In this document: one piece after another, positions 9,706-19,618 of the stretch
Numbering within the stretch: position 1 is the first letter of the stretch
How the letters are laid out: each line of letters begins with the position of its first letter
From: Oligoflexia bacterium
GTDB taxonomy: Bacteria; Bdellovibrionota; UBA1018
DNA length: 64,000 nucleotides
Reading direction: 5' to 3'
NCBI GenBank assembly: GCA_014378465.1
Contig: JACMNQ010000033.1
Span: 5,578 to 69,577 of the forward strand
Notes under the pieces: generated by a model
What the model saw: the letters and a program-made list of their open reading frames with translations, nothing else
Database searches by the model: none
What the model was told of the DNA's origin: nothing
Program-made: the position numbers and the translations under genes

Positions 9706-10535
9706 ATAACAAAGCCCTGACCCTGTCACTTTTCATCGGAGCCTTTGCCGTCTTCATGGTGCAAAGCTATGTTGGAAGCAAGGAAGAGGAAGCCAAGAAG
9801 AAATTCGGCACTGAGGTCCTCGTCGTGAAAGCGAAGCGCGATATCAAGGAACAGGAGACCATCAACGAGACGGCTCTTGAGCTGGCGCTGATCCCGAAGA
9901 CGTTTCTTGAGCCTGCGTCGGTATCTTTTGAGAAGACTGAAGCGGACAAGGAAACCAATCGCAGCCTGAAGTCCCTCTCCGGAACCATCGCGCTGGTCGC
10001 GATCCGCAAAGGTGAACAGATCACTTACAACAAGATGACAGAACCAGGCATCCGCACCGGTCTCTCGCCTCAGGTGGCTCCGGGCCGCAGAGCCGTATCC
10101 ATTCCGGTCAATGAGACCAGTGGTGTCGCGAAGCTCGTCAAGCCGGGAGACCGCGTGGATCTGATCGCCGTTCTCGATATGGGCGGCGGCAAGGAAAACA
10201 AGATCGCCAAGACCATCTTTCAGGATGTCGTCGTGCTGGCGGTCGGACGAAACGTCACCAATAACGTGGCTCGCGTCGTGGAGATGGATGGAAATCGCGA
10301 AAAGGTGAAACCACTGTCTGAAGATTTCAGTTTCACTTCCGTCACTCTCGAAGTTGAACCGGCGCAGGCACAGACCCTGGCGCTCGTCATGGCGAACGGT
10401 GAAAATGCGATCACTCTCTCCCTGCGCAACAATGATGACACTGAACGAGTTGGCCTCAGCTCCTCCATGGCTGGCGACGTGCTCGGAACCGAAGCTGCTC
10501 GAGTGCAGAGAGGCATCGCCACAGGTAAACGATGA
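9702..10535 (+). CDS. cpaB: Flp pilus assembly protein CpaB/RcpC
   Basis: SAF-like VVKAKRDI; GRRAVSIPV..GV..LVKPGDRVDL; QDVVVLAVG; VTLEV. Confidence 0.9.
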   Translation: MNNKALTLSLFIGAFAVFMVQSYVGSKEEEAKKKFGTEVLVVKAKRDIKEQETINETALELALIPKTFLEPASVSFEKTEADKETNRSLKSLSGTIALVAIRKGEQITYNKMTEPGIRTGLSPQVAPGRRAVSIPVNETSGVAKLVKPGDRVDLIAVLDMGGGKENKIAKTIFQDVVVLAVGRNVTNNVARVVEMDGNREKVKPLSEDFSFTSVTLEVEPAQAQTLALVMANGENAITLSLRNNDDTERVGLSSSMAGDVLGTEAARVQRGIATGKR

Positions 10536-12307
10536 TGAAACGTCTTTTGAGTCCGATCACCTTCGCGCAGCTTCTGTTCCCCTTGATTCTCACCGGAGTC
10601 AATGCGCCGATTCATGCCTGGGCACAGGACACTCGCGCCGCACCTCAAGGAGATGCAGCGGGTGACGGCGGCAAAGCGGCAGTCGCCAAAACTGCCCCTG
10701 CGAAGTCTTCGACCGAAATCGCCCCCGATGACGCTTATACTTCGGATGCATCGGATACTCCGACCGAAGAGGTGCCCTCCGGATCCCGGAAGAAGAAACC
10801 CAAGAATTTCAGAAAATCACGCCTGACCCATGAGACTTCTGAAGGGGTGGCCGATCGCAGACGCATTCTCCTGACCACGGGCGAAGACCGTGCGGTGGAT
10901 CTGGACTTTGACGTGGAGGCCGGAGCCAATGGCATTTCGACCGGCAATCCGCAGGTCGTTCTCACCACTCTGGTCCGCATCGGGGATCAGCGCAGACAGA
11001 TCATCTTCAAACCTCTGAAGGCGGGAGAAACCACCGCGACCGTGAGAGATCCGGACGGAAGTATCCGCCTGATCTTCGACGTCGTCGTCACGGGCAACAA
11101 TCTGCTGAGGCGCGCCGGCGAAATGCGTGAACTTCTGCGCGATGTCGAAGGCATTGATATCCGAGTCGTGGGCCAGAAAGTCGTCATCGACGGCGAAGTG
11201 CTCGTGCCCTCCGATTACGCTCGTCTCTTTTCAGTCGTGACCGATGCATCGTACTCCGGCGTCGTCATGAACCTCGCGACCCTTTCTCCCTTCGCGATGC
11301 AGCTCCTGGCCAAGAAGATTCAGGAAGACATCAATACTTTTGCCACTCAGGTGAAGACTCGTGTCGTGAATGGCATGATCTTTCTTGAAGGAACCGTCGA
11401 TAATGTGGACCAGGCGAAGCGCGCTGCTGAAGTCGCGCGACTGTACCTACCGGAAGTTCGTCCCGGCAATCCCCTGATGAAGGATCAGAGCGCGCAGATT
11501 CTCGGAAACCGTCCCCTGGTTCAGAATTTTCTCGTGATCAATCCTCCGCCCCCGAAGAAGCAGGAAAAGCTGGTCCGAGTGACCGTGCATTTCGTCGAAC
11601 TCGACAAGGATTACAACAAAGTCTTCGCCTTCAAATGGGCTCCTGGGTTCACGGCTGATCCCTCGATCGCTTTCGGCGGAACGGCTGCCGGTGGCGCTGG
11701 TGCCGCGGGCACCTCATTCACGGGCACGATTTCCAGCCTCTTTCCCAAGCTTCAGAGCGCGCAATCCGCCGGCTACGCGCGAGTGCTGAAGACCGGTACC
11801 GTGATCGTTCGAAGTGGAAAACCCGCCCATCTCGAGGAGACGACTGACTTCGCTTCGACCGCCCTCAACAATCTCGGACAGCCTGTCGCTCAGCCAGCGA
11901 CCAAAGTGGGCCTGAGCGTGGATCTGACGCCACAGATTCTCGGCCAGAGTGAAGACATTCAGCTCGACCTCAAGCTCACGCAGAGCAATGTCACGGGTCG
12001 AGCCCCCGCATCAGGTCCTCCCACCACTTCGAATCACACGGTCACGACCGCCATCTACGTCAAGTCCAATGAGAGCGCCGCCGTGGGCGGAGTCGTCTCG
12101 GCCGACGTGGGCACGGATTTCAACAAGGATGATCCGAGACCTGGATCCTTCACCGGTACCACGGATGAACTCTTCAATCTGATGCGCTCCAAGAATTATC
12201 GAAAGAAGAAGTCTCAATTCGTCATTTTCGTCACTCCACAGATCGTGGAAAACGCATCTGAAGGCACGGAAGACCTGAAAAAGAATTTCAGGGTAAAGGT
12301 GAAATAA
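10532..12307 (+). CDS. rcpA: Tad secretin RcpA/CpaC with BON-like domains
   Basis: Signal peptide; pilus N-terminal domain (KAGETTATV); BON-like segments; V.V.FVEL and VIFVTPQIV secretin motifs. Confidence 0.82.
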   Translation: MMKRLLSPITFAQLLFPLILTGVNAPIHAWAQDTRAAPQGDAAGDGGKAAVAKTAPAKSSTEIAPDDAYTSDASDTPTEEVPSGSRKKKPKNFRKSRLTHETSEGVADRRRILLTTGEDRAVDLDFDVEAGANGISTGNPQVVLTTLVRIGDQRRQIIFKPLKAGETTATVRDPDGSIRLIFDVVVTGNNLLRRAGEMRELLRDVEGIDIRVVGQKVVIDGEVLVPSDYARLFSVVTDASYSGVVMNLATLSPFAMQLLAKKIQEDINTFATQVKTRVVNGMIFLEGTVDNVDQAKRAAEVARLYLPEVRPGNPLMKDQSAQILGNRPLVQNFLVINPPPPKKQEKLVRVTVHFVELDKDYNKVFAFKWAPGFTADPSIAFGGTAAGGAGAAGTSFTGTISSLFPKLQSAQSAGYARVLKTGTVIVRSGKPAHLEETTDFASTALNNLGQPVAQPATKVGLSVDLTPQILGQSEDIQLDLKLTQSNVTGRAPASGPPTTSNHTVTTAIYVKSNESAAVGGVVSADVGTDFNKDDPRPGSFTGTTDELFNLMRSKNYRKKKSQFVIFVTPQIVENASEGTEDLKKNFRVKVK

Positions 12308-14481
12308 TGGCCGGTCACATCATCGCAGTCGTCGGTGGAAAAGGGGGAGTGGGCAAAAGCGTTTTTGCCGCGAATCTCGCCATTTCGTACCTGCAGGAAT
12401 TCAAACAGCGCCCACTGATCGTCGACCTGGATCTGAGCAGCCTCGGAGATCAGAACATCATCCTGGGCCAGAGCCCTCAGAAGAACATCGTCGATGTTTC
12501 CAAGATGCCTCCGGGACCCATTGATCCCAAGAGTCTGGCGCCGTACATGGTCAATGCTCCTGCCGGCTACAGTTACATCGGTGCCCCTCGTGATGCGATC
12601 ATCGCTCGTGATCTGGATTTGGACGGTCTAGGTCGTTTCTACAAGGCAATCACCCAGGTTTTCAATCTCACGGTCGTGGATTGTGGCAATGGGACGGACG
12701 CGCACGCTCTGAAGACTTTTGAGTATGCCACCGCGATCTTCGTCGTCACGACTGCTGACGTGATTGTCGTGAATCAGACGAAGAGGGTCCTTGCCAAGAT
12801 CCAGGAACTGCTGTTTCCACCGGAAATGGTTCAGATCATCATCAATCGCTTCTCGCAGAACAACATCATCAATCCGCAGATCATCCAGAAGAATCTGAAT
12901 CGCGCGATCTTCGCCGCGATCCCGGAAGACGTCAATTCCGCGGACAGCTGCCTCGCCAAGAGCACTCCGCTCTGCATCGGCGTGCCGAACGCTCCCGTGT
13001 CACGCGCGTATCACGATCTCGTGCGAAAGATTCAGCAGACCAATCTTCTGGAGAATCTGGCCAAACTCAAAAAGCCCACGGGGGTGGCAGCCAAAGCTCA
13101 GGCAGCAGCTCTCAGTCTGGTTCCAGGCGGCGGCGGTGGCGCTTCAGGCACTGAAGGTGCGGGCGGCCCGAGTGGTCGAAGTGCATTCGGGTTTCTCGAT
13201 CCCTGGACTCTGATGAAGTTGCGACTGCACAAGGCTCTTGTTGAAAAGATGGACCTCAAGAAGACCAACACGGATACCGGCGATCCGAAGCAGAAGGCCG
13301 TGCTTCGTGAGAAGACCCAGAAAGTCGTTGTCGAAGTGCTGAACAACGAGGACACGTCGTCGCTCCTGAGCACTCGCGAACTCAAGTCACAGATGATCAA
13401 GGAAGTTCTGGACGAGGCGCTCGGCCTCGGTCCCCTCGAGGATCTCCTGGCGGATGATTCGGTGACTGAAATCATGGTCAATGCCCGGGATCAGATCTAC
13501 ATCGAAAAAGGTGGGAAACCCACCATGTCCAAGGTCACCTTCAGCAGTGAGCAGCAGATGATGAATGTGATTGAACGGATCGTCACTCCGCTCGGCCGAC
13601 GAGTGGATGAGAAAGTTCCATTTGTGGATGCTCGACTTCCGGACGGCTCCCGAGTGCACGTGATCATTCCACCCCTTGCGCTGCGTGGACCGACCATCAC
13701 CATTCGAAAGTTCCCCAAGAAGCGCATTGAAGCCCGGGATCTGGTCGGCTTTGGCTCGATGACTGAAGAAATCTCCGATTTTCTTCGCTGCTGCGTCGAG
13801 GCCAAGCTCAATATCGTCGTTTCAGGCGGTACCGGCTCGGGTAAGACGACGCTTCTGAACGTGCTTTCCAATTTCATCCCGGCTTCCGAGCGCATCATCA
13901 CTGTTGAAGATTCAGCGGAGTTGCAGCTGGGGCAGGACCATGTGGTTCGTCTTGAGACACGCCCGAAGAACATCGAAGGTGAAGGCGAAGTCAGTATTCG
14001 TGATCTCATCAAATGCTGCCTGCGAATGCGACCTGACCGAATCGTGGTCGGGGAGTGCCGTTCCGGCGAAGCGCTGGACATGCTTCAGGCCATGAATACC
14101 GGTCACTCCGGATCCCTGACGACCCTGCACGCGAACAATCCCCGGGAGTGCATTTCCCGTCTTGAAACCCTGGTGATGATGGCCGGTCTCGGCCTGCCCG
14201 CCAAGGCAATCAAGGAGAACATCGCTTCAGCGGTCAATCTGATCATCCAGCAGAGCCGCCTGAGTGACGGTACCCGAAAAGTGACTCATATCAGTGAAGT
14301 CACCGGGATGCAGGGCGAAGTGATCAGTCTCCAGGACATCTTTCTGTTCAAGCAGGAAGGCCTGGACAAGAAGCGCAAGATCATCGGACGTTTCGTGCCG
14401 ACCGGTTTCATTCCAAAGTTCGTCGAGGAGATGGAAGCCAAGGGGATGAAGATTTCACGTGGACTGTTCGCTTCGAAATGA
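12307..14481 (+). CDS. tadA: TadZ/CpaE-TadA/CpaF fusion ATPase
   Basis: N-terminal MinD/ParA-type Walker A GGKGGVGKS; C-terminal CpaF motifs GGTGSGKT, LRMRPDRIVVGE and AMNTGH. Confidence 0.92.
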   Translation: MAGHIIAVVGGKGGVGKSVFAANLAISYLQEFKQRPLIVDLDLSSLGDQNIILGQSPQKNIVDVSKMPPGPIDPKSLAPYMVNAPAGYSYIGAPRDAIIARDLDLDGLGRFYKAITQVFNLTVVDCGNGTDAHALKTFEYATAIFVVTTADVIVVNQTKRVLAKIQELLFPPEMVQIIINRFSQNNIINPQIIQKNLNRAIFAAIPEDVNSADSCLAKSTPLCIGVPNAPVSRAYHDLVRKIQQTNLLENLAKLKKPTGVAAKAQAAALSLVPGGGGGASGTEGAGGPSGRSAFGFLDPWTLMKLRLHKALVEKMDLKKTNTDTGDPKQKAVLREKTQKVVVEVLNNEDTSSLLSTRELKSQMIKEVLDEALGLGPLEDLLADDSVTEIMVNARDQIYIEKGGKPTMSKVTFSSEQQMMNVIERIVTPLGRRVDEKVPFVDARLPDGSRVHVIIPPLALRGPTITIRKFPKKRIEARDLVGFGSMTEEISDFLRCCVEAKLNIVVSGGTGSGKTTLLNVLSNFIPASERIITVEDSAELQLGQDHVVRLETRPKNIEGEGEVSIRDLIKCCLRMRPDRIVVGECRSGEALDMLQAMNTGHSGSLTTLHANNPRECISRLETLVMMAGLGLPAKAIKENIASAVNLIIQQSRLSDGTRKVTHISEVTGMQGEVISLQDIFLFKQEGLDKKRKIIGRFVPTGFIPKFVEEMEAKGMKISRGLFASK

Positions 14482-14507
14482 AGCACCATTGAACCAGAGG
14501 GTATAGC

Positions 14508-15374
14508 TTGATCGTCAAACTCATAGGACTGGGAGCGTTCGGCATCAGCGTCGTGCTCTTCTCCTATCATTACAATCAGCGATTTCTGGATTGGCTGAGG
14601 TTTCAGTCCCTGGGCACTCGTGACTACATCGCCGAGAAGCTCGCGATGATGTTCATCGAAATCCCGCCCCAGAGGATTCTGCTCGCCCAGTTCCTTCTCA
14701 GCTTCGGGCTTGGGGTCATGGTCTTTCTCGCCTTTCTTCCCAAGCTCTTTCCAGGCATTCCTTTCGCGATTGTGGTGACCATCCTCGGTTGGAAAGCCCC
14801 AAAACCCGTGGTCGATTGGATGTTTCAACGACGCTTGAACAAGTTCGTGCTTCAGATGGTGGATGCCCTCAGTCTGATGTCCAACGGGTTGAAGTCCGGA
14901 CTTTCGGTGGCGCAGTCCATGGGACTGGTGACCCAGGAAATGCCGAATCCGATCAAACAGGAGTTTTCCCTGGTTCTGAATCAGAACAAACTTGGCGTCT
15001 CGCTGGAAGAGGCTTTCAACAACCTTGCCAAACGGGTCACCACGGATGACGTGGAGATGTTCGTGACTTCGATCAACATCCTCAAGGAAACCGGCGGAAA
15101 TTTGGCGGAAACCTTTGACACGATCACCACGACCATTCGCGAGCGAATCAAGATTGAGAGCAAAATCGCGGCCATGACCGCAATGGGTTTCTATCAGGGG
15201 TTGATCGTCATGGCGATCCCGCCGGGGCTGGGACTGGTCTTCTATCTCAGTGATCCAGAATTCATGATGCCTCTGTTTACTACTGCAATCGGCTGGATTA
15301 TAATCATGGTGATCATCGCGCTGGAAGCGGTGGGATTTTTCGTGATCATGAAAATTATCAAAATTGACGTGTAA
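14508..15374 (+). CDS. tadB: TadB-like T2SSF pilus platform protein
   Basis: NGLKSGLS, ETGGNLAE and IRERIKI motifs; follows tadA. Confidence 0.9.
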   Translation: MIVKLIGLGAFGISVVLFSYHYNQRFLDWLRFQSLGTRDYIAEKLAMMFIEIPPQRILLAQFLLSFGLGVMVFLAFLPKLFPGIPFAIVVTILGWKAPKPVVDWMFQRRLNKFVLQMVDALSLMSNGLKSGLSVAQSMGLVTQEMPNPIKQEFSLVLNQNKLGVSLEEAFNNLAKRVTTDDVEMFVTSINILKETGGNLAETFDTITTTIRERIKIESKIAAMTAMGFYQGLIVMAIPPGLGLVFYLSDPEFMMPLFTTAIGWIIIMVIIALEAVGFFVIMKIIKIDV

Positions 15375-15459
15375 ACGAAGGGTATTTGATAAATACTTGA
15401 AGTTCAGCAAAAAATTTCGTTTTTTGGGTCGAGTTCATCAGAATCATCAGGAGATCAAG

Positions 15460-17157
15460 ATGTCCGTTAAAAGGATTTTTTCGGGTACGGCAGGAGTCGT
15501 CACGTTTTTGGCGGCAGCATTCATGGGAGGCGTGTCTACGGCTCATGCGAATGTCAGTTTGAAAAATGGTAACTTCTTCATCGGTTACACGGATATCGTC
15601 TATCCGGGTGGTTTCGAACCCAAGATCGAGCGTGTTTACAACTCGAAGACTCCGTACAACGGCATGTTCGGCTGGGGCTGGGGCAATGAGTATGAAGTCT
15701 ACATGTCCGTCTCCGCGGACGGCAGCGTCGTGGTCAACGAATACGGCGGCGGAGCGCAGAACCGCTTCAATCCGGTCGCCTTCAAGGAAAATGAACTCAA
15801 CGCCGCGGTTGACAACATCGCGCAGACCGCCCAGAAACTCGGAGTGGCTGGCAGTGCGGATCAGCTTGATAGTTACAAGAAGCACCTGAAGTCAGATGCG
15901 ACTTTCAGAAACGAGGAATGGCAGAAGTTCAAGGCGCAAGGGAAGATCCAGGCCCGTGTGCTTCCGACTGGTACCCAGCTCCAGTCCAACCGTTTCAGCT
16001 ACCAATACATCACCAAGGTGGTCGATGGTTACGTTCGCAGTTTCGACAGCGGTAAACTGGAAAAGTTTTCCAACGATGGTCGCCTGGTTCGCATCTCCGA
16101 CAAGAACAACAACTTCATTGACCTGACTTACGGCAAAGAAGGCAAGCTTTCGAAGATCGTCGACAACTTCAATCGCAAGATCTACTTCACTTTCAACACT
16201 CACGGTCAGGTTGAGAAGATCCAGGGCGAAAACAACAAGGAAGCGTCCTACAAGTACAACGACATGGGCGAACTGGTTTTTACCAAGGATACCGATAGCA
16301 GCGTCTATACTTACAAGTACGGTTCAGACAAGCGCCACAACATGGTTGAAATCGGTTACTCTGACAAAACCAGCATGCAGCTCGCTTACTATGGTCGTGA
16401 CGATCATGAAAACGTGAAGAGCGTGAAGGACCGTGACGGAACTCGCACTGAATACACCTATGAAAAGGCTTCTGACAAGGGTCACTCCAAGGTGGCGGTT
16501 GCGGTGAAGGGAAGCGACGGCAAGGTCGTTTCATCCAGCAAGTACGAATACTACGTCAAGTCCAAGGCCGACGGAGAAGAGTGGACTTACAAGATGCTCA
16601 CCAACCTCGACGGCGACATCACTGAAACCACTTACAATGAATGCTGTGGATTGCCGCTCCTGATCAAGCGCGGTGGCGAAGAGACCGCCTTTGAATACGA
16701 CACTCGCGGCCACGTGACCAAGAAATCGACGCCGACGGACGTGACAGAGCTGGCTTACGACGCGAAAGTCGGCAAGGTGACGAAGGTCAGTCGTTATTCC
16801 AAGGGTGACAAGAAGCAGAACAACTGGTCCACTTTTCAATACGATGAAAAGGGCAACCTGGTCTTCGCCAAGAACTCTGAAAACAAGGGTGTGAAACTGT
16901 TCTACGACACGAATGGTCGCATCAAGAGCATGGTCGACCAGAGCAAGCGCCGCATTGACTTCAAATACAACGAAAACTCCAAGCCGATTGAAATCACGGA
17001 CCCAGCCCTCGGATCCATCACTGTGAGCTACGCGAACAGTGGCGAAGTGAAGAAGGTCGAAAGCACGGCGGGTCGTAAGATCGCCATGCAGGTGACTTCG
17101 GCGTTTCAAAACCTTCTGGACATCATTCGTCCCGCAGGCGTGAGCTTGTCGTTTTAA
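15460..17157 (+). CDS. Secreted YD/RHS-repeat protein (Bd0109-like, DUF6531-type N-terminus)
   Basis: AGGAG RBS; signal peptide ending AHA; NVSLKNGNF..ERVYNS..GMFGWGW N-terminus; many Y(D/N)xxG repeats; no RHS-core/toxin tail. Confidence 0.85.
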   Translation: MSVKRIFSGTAGVVTFLAAAFMGGVSTAHANVSLKNGNFFIGYTDIVYPGGFEPKIERVYNSKTPYNGMFGWGWGNEYEVYMSVSADGSVVVNEYGGGAQNRFNPVAFKENELNAAVDNIAQTAQKLGVAGSADQLDSYKKHLKSDATFRNEEWQKFKAQGKIQARVLPTGTQLQSNRFSYQYITKVVDGYVRSFDSGKLEKFSNDGRLVRISDKNNNFIDLTYGKEGKLSKIVDNFNRKIYFTFNTHGQVEKIQGENNKEASYKYNDMGELVFTKDTDSSVYTYKYGSDKRHNMVEIGYSDKTSMQLAYYGRDDHENVKSVKDRDGTRTEYTYEKASDKGHSKVAVAVKGSDGKVVSSSKYEYYVKSKADGEEWTYKMLTNLDGDITETTYNECCGLPLLIKRGGEETAFEYDTRGHVTKKSTPTDVTELAYDAKVGKVTKVSRYSKGDKKQNNWSTFQYDEKGNLVFAKNSENKGVKLFYDTNGRIKSMVDQSKRRIDFKYNENSKPIEITDPALGSITVSYANSGEVKKVESTAGRKIAMQVTSAFQNLLDIIRPAGVSLSF

Positions 17158-17179
17158 ACCGGTACAAGAGGAATAGAAG

Positions 17180-17380
17180 ATGAAAAAGCGCAGTATTTTG
17201 ATGTTGGCAGTGATGATGATCTCTCTGAATACCCTGGGTTCCGCCGTCTGGGCCGCGGAGAACGAAGTTTCATGTGAAGCTCCGTCTGATGCGAAGGCAA
17301 AGGACCTCAGTGAGACGAAGGAAGGTTCGAAGGATACCAAAGCTTCGACTGCTTCTGGACTCGAAGAACAGAAGAAGTGA
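17180..17380 (+). CDS. Small secreted peptide, positional equivalent of Bdellovibrio Bd0108 (Hit); copy 1
   Basis: AGAGG RBS; Sec signal ending VWA; mature AENEVSCEAPSD plus a charged low-complexity tail; directly downstream of the RHS gene. Confidence 0.72.
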   Translation: MKKRSILMLAVMMISLNTLGSAVWAAENEVSCEAPSDAKAKDLSETKEGSKDTKASTASGLEEQKK

Positions 17381-17417
17381 TCTCTTCATCCTGATTCAAT
17401 GCCTGATTTTCTGAAGA

Positions 17418-17450
17418 GCCCGGCTTCCCGAGTGGAAGTCGGGCCTTTTC
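17418..17450 (+). terminator. Intrinsic terminator closing the Tad/hit operon
   Basis: GCCCGGCTTCC-cgagt-GGAAGTCGGGC followed by CTTTTC. Confidence 0.7.
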
Positions 17451-18366
17451 ATTGTGCGCTGCCGGAGGCGGCCATGCCCAGGCGCAGCTCTTCATGAATC
17501 AGCCGGTCCATCCTGCGGGCCGAGAGCACCTTGACCTTGAGGCCATGTCTTCGCTTCAGTTGGTAAGTGGCCTGGGGGCCGAGTTTGAAGAGTGCGCGCA
17601 CGACTTCAATGTCCTCCTGAAGAGATGGCCACATGAAGCGAGGAATGTTGTCGTTGCTCAGGAGAGCTTCCAGAAACTCGTGGAGAAGCGCTTCGCTGCG
17701 ACCTTTCAGGAAATCCATCAGGAGTTTCTCCCAGGCGCGTGGAAACTCCGTCTGGTAGATCCAGGGAGGCGAAGCCCGGGAGATCTTGGCCGGATAGGAA
17801 AAGCGCGGCCTGCTCAGGCTGCACGCGTAAATGAGTCTGAGAAGAGCGGTATAGCCCACCTTGATCTTCGAGCGGTGCTTGAAGCATCCGAAGACCTCAA
17901 ATCCCTGGGAGCTGATCTCCCGGCAATTGCTGAGGCGAAACTCCAGCTTCAGAGATGCACCCGGATTTTTCGCGTTATCCGATGAAGTCACCTCCTTCAC
18001 TCCGAGGTAGAGATAGGAGTCCTCGTGGGTGTCCGCGATGTTGTAAGGGGGCCGTATCGCATGCAGGAGCTCATTTTCCCGCAGAAGGGCCTGGGCCTCA
18101 GTCGGATGTTCTTCCCAGCTGATGAACTTCACCTGTTCCAGCATCTCCATGATGCGGTCTTCGGTGCGTCCGGGCTTCATCTGAAAGTAGCAACTGAGGC
18201 GAGTACGGAGGCTCTTCGCCTTTCCGATATACAGAATGGTGTCATCAGTCGACTTCATCAGATAAACGCCGGGAGTTTCGGGAATCGCTTTCTGAAACTC
18301 GGGGGTGAACTGGAGGGTGAGGGGATTTTCGTAGCTGAAGCTGTGTTTGATCAAGGTGCGGCTCAT
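17449..18366 (-). CDS. GIY-YIG nuclease (UvrC N-terminal/Cho-like)
   Basis: PETPGVY..ILYIGKAKSLRTRL..YF, ALLRE..L and PPYN motifs. Confidence 0.85.
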   Translation of the reverse strand: MSRTLIKHSFSYENPLTLQFTPEFQKAIPETPGVYLMKSTDDTILYIGKAKSLRTRLSCYFQMKPGRTEDRIMEMLEQVKFISWEEHPTEAQALLRENELLHAIRPPYNIADTHEDSYLYLGVKEVTSSDNAKNPGASLKLEFRLSNCREISSQGFEVFGCFKHRSKIKVGYTALLRLIYACSLSRPRFSYPAKISRASPPWIYQTEFPRAWEKLLMDFLKGRSEALLHEFLEALLSNDNIPRFMWPSLQEDIEVVRALFKLGPQATYQLKRRHGLKVKVLSARRMDRLIHEELRLGMAASGSAQ

Positions 18367-18487
18367 GGATTAAAGGAAATATCAGATCGAACCTGCCAAC
18401 TACAAGAGCGGCGTCCAGTCGTCCGCTTTTTTTAAACAAATTTCAGGCAACAACGAACGGCGAAGTGTACGGGCTGCGAACGGCTGA

Positions 18488-19618
18488 TCACAGGTAGAAG
18501 TGCGCGATGAAATAGAGCAGTTGATCCTGACCATCGGGAGCGAGCGCCTTCCGAGTCTGAATCTGGTAGGCGAGGTTCAGGTCCAGATGGGGCCGCGGAA
18601 AAAAACGGGTGCCCACCGTGTATGCATTTTTCAGGGACTGAGACTGCGCGAAGTCCAGGCGTGAGAGCTCCTGGATGCCGTAGAAGTGAAGACCTTTGAT
18701 GATCTCATAGCCGACTTGAGTGTAAGTCAGGAGCCCGTTGGTATTTGCGGTGTAGCGTCGCTGGTAATCTAACTCGGAAAGAACGTAGAATTTGTCAGTG
18801 ATCCCAAGCAACAGGTAAGGTCCCACGACTTCCCGCTTGTCGTTCTTCTGTCCAGGTTGCGTCGACTGGCGGCCATAAAAGTTGCTGAAGCCCAGTTTGG
18901 ATTTTGGCGAGAGCGCGTAGGCGACGGTGCCCGAAAACCCTGATTCCGAATGGATCGAATCATCGTCAGGTCTGCCAAAAATCATGGCAATCTGTCCATT
19001 CCACGGATCACCGAGAAAGGAATACTCCGCGTTGTAAGTTTCGCTCCCGGCGTTCCAGCCCAGATCCTTTCGGACGTAGAGGGAATGGTTGTCGGTGTTG
19101 ATTCCATAAGGTCGTTTGAATTTGCCGACTCGAACGTAGTTCTCTTCGTTCAAATGATAGAGCAGGTAGTGTCGCCGGCTGATGAATTCGCTCGCCCAGA
19201 TCCGGTCAGGGTATTTCTGATCCGCTCCCAGCGTACCGACGACGGAGAGCTTGTTGACTTTGACCTCGGCTTCGAGATCAGCCTGCATCCGGATGAACTG
19301 TCCCTCGCGCACGCGCGGAGTGTTGTGGTCATACTGAAGGGCGCGGATGTCTCCTCCCGCATTGAGCCAGGTGGGAAGTTCAAGAAGACCATAGGCGAAC
19401 TTGGACTCTTTTTCGGTTCCGTTCATGGACAATGCTTCGAGTGACAGGGCTCTGCCGTACTCCGTGAGGAGGCCGCCCCCCGAGGGGCTGACGTGACAGG
19501 CAGTGCAGTTCACGTATGAATGGCGGATCATTTCCGGGAAGCAGAAGGCACGCTGAGGAAGGAGAAGAGTGAAAGCAAGAGACAGAAACGCAAACCGCGA
19601 CAGTTTTGAAATTTTCAT
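18488..19618 (-). CDS. Monoheme cytochrome c-beta-barrel fusion (Cyc2-like architecture)
   Basis: Signal peptide; FPEMIRHSYVNCTACH..LTEYGR N-terminus; amphipathic beta-strands; C-terminal HFYL. Confidence 0.65.
   Translation of the reverse strand: MKISKLSRFAFLSLAFTLLLPQRAFCFPEMIRHSYVNCTACHVSPSGGGLLTEYGRALSLEALSMNGTEKESKFAYGLLELPTWLNAGGDIRALQYDHNTPRVREGQFIRMQADLEAEVKVNKLSVVGTLGADQKYPDRIWASEFISRRHYLLYHLNEENYVRVGKFKRPYGINTDNHSLYVRKDLGWNAGSETYNAEYSFLGDPWNGQIAMIFGRPDDDSIHSESGFSGTVAYALSPKSKLGFSNFYGRQSTQPGQKNDKREVVGPYLLLGITDKFYVLSELDYQRRYTANTNGLLTYTQVGYEIIKGLHFYGIQELSRLDFAQSQSLKNAYTVGTRFFPRPHLDLNLAYQIQTRKALAPDGQDQLLYFIAHFYL

Noticed and set aside
15460-17380. RHS toxin-immunity pair
   Set aside because: No RHS-core cleavage motif or toxin domain; the downstream gene is a secreted disordered peptide, which fits the bd0109-bd0108 layout better
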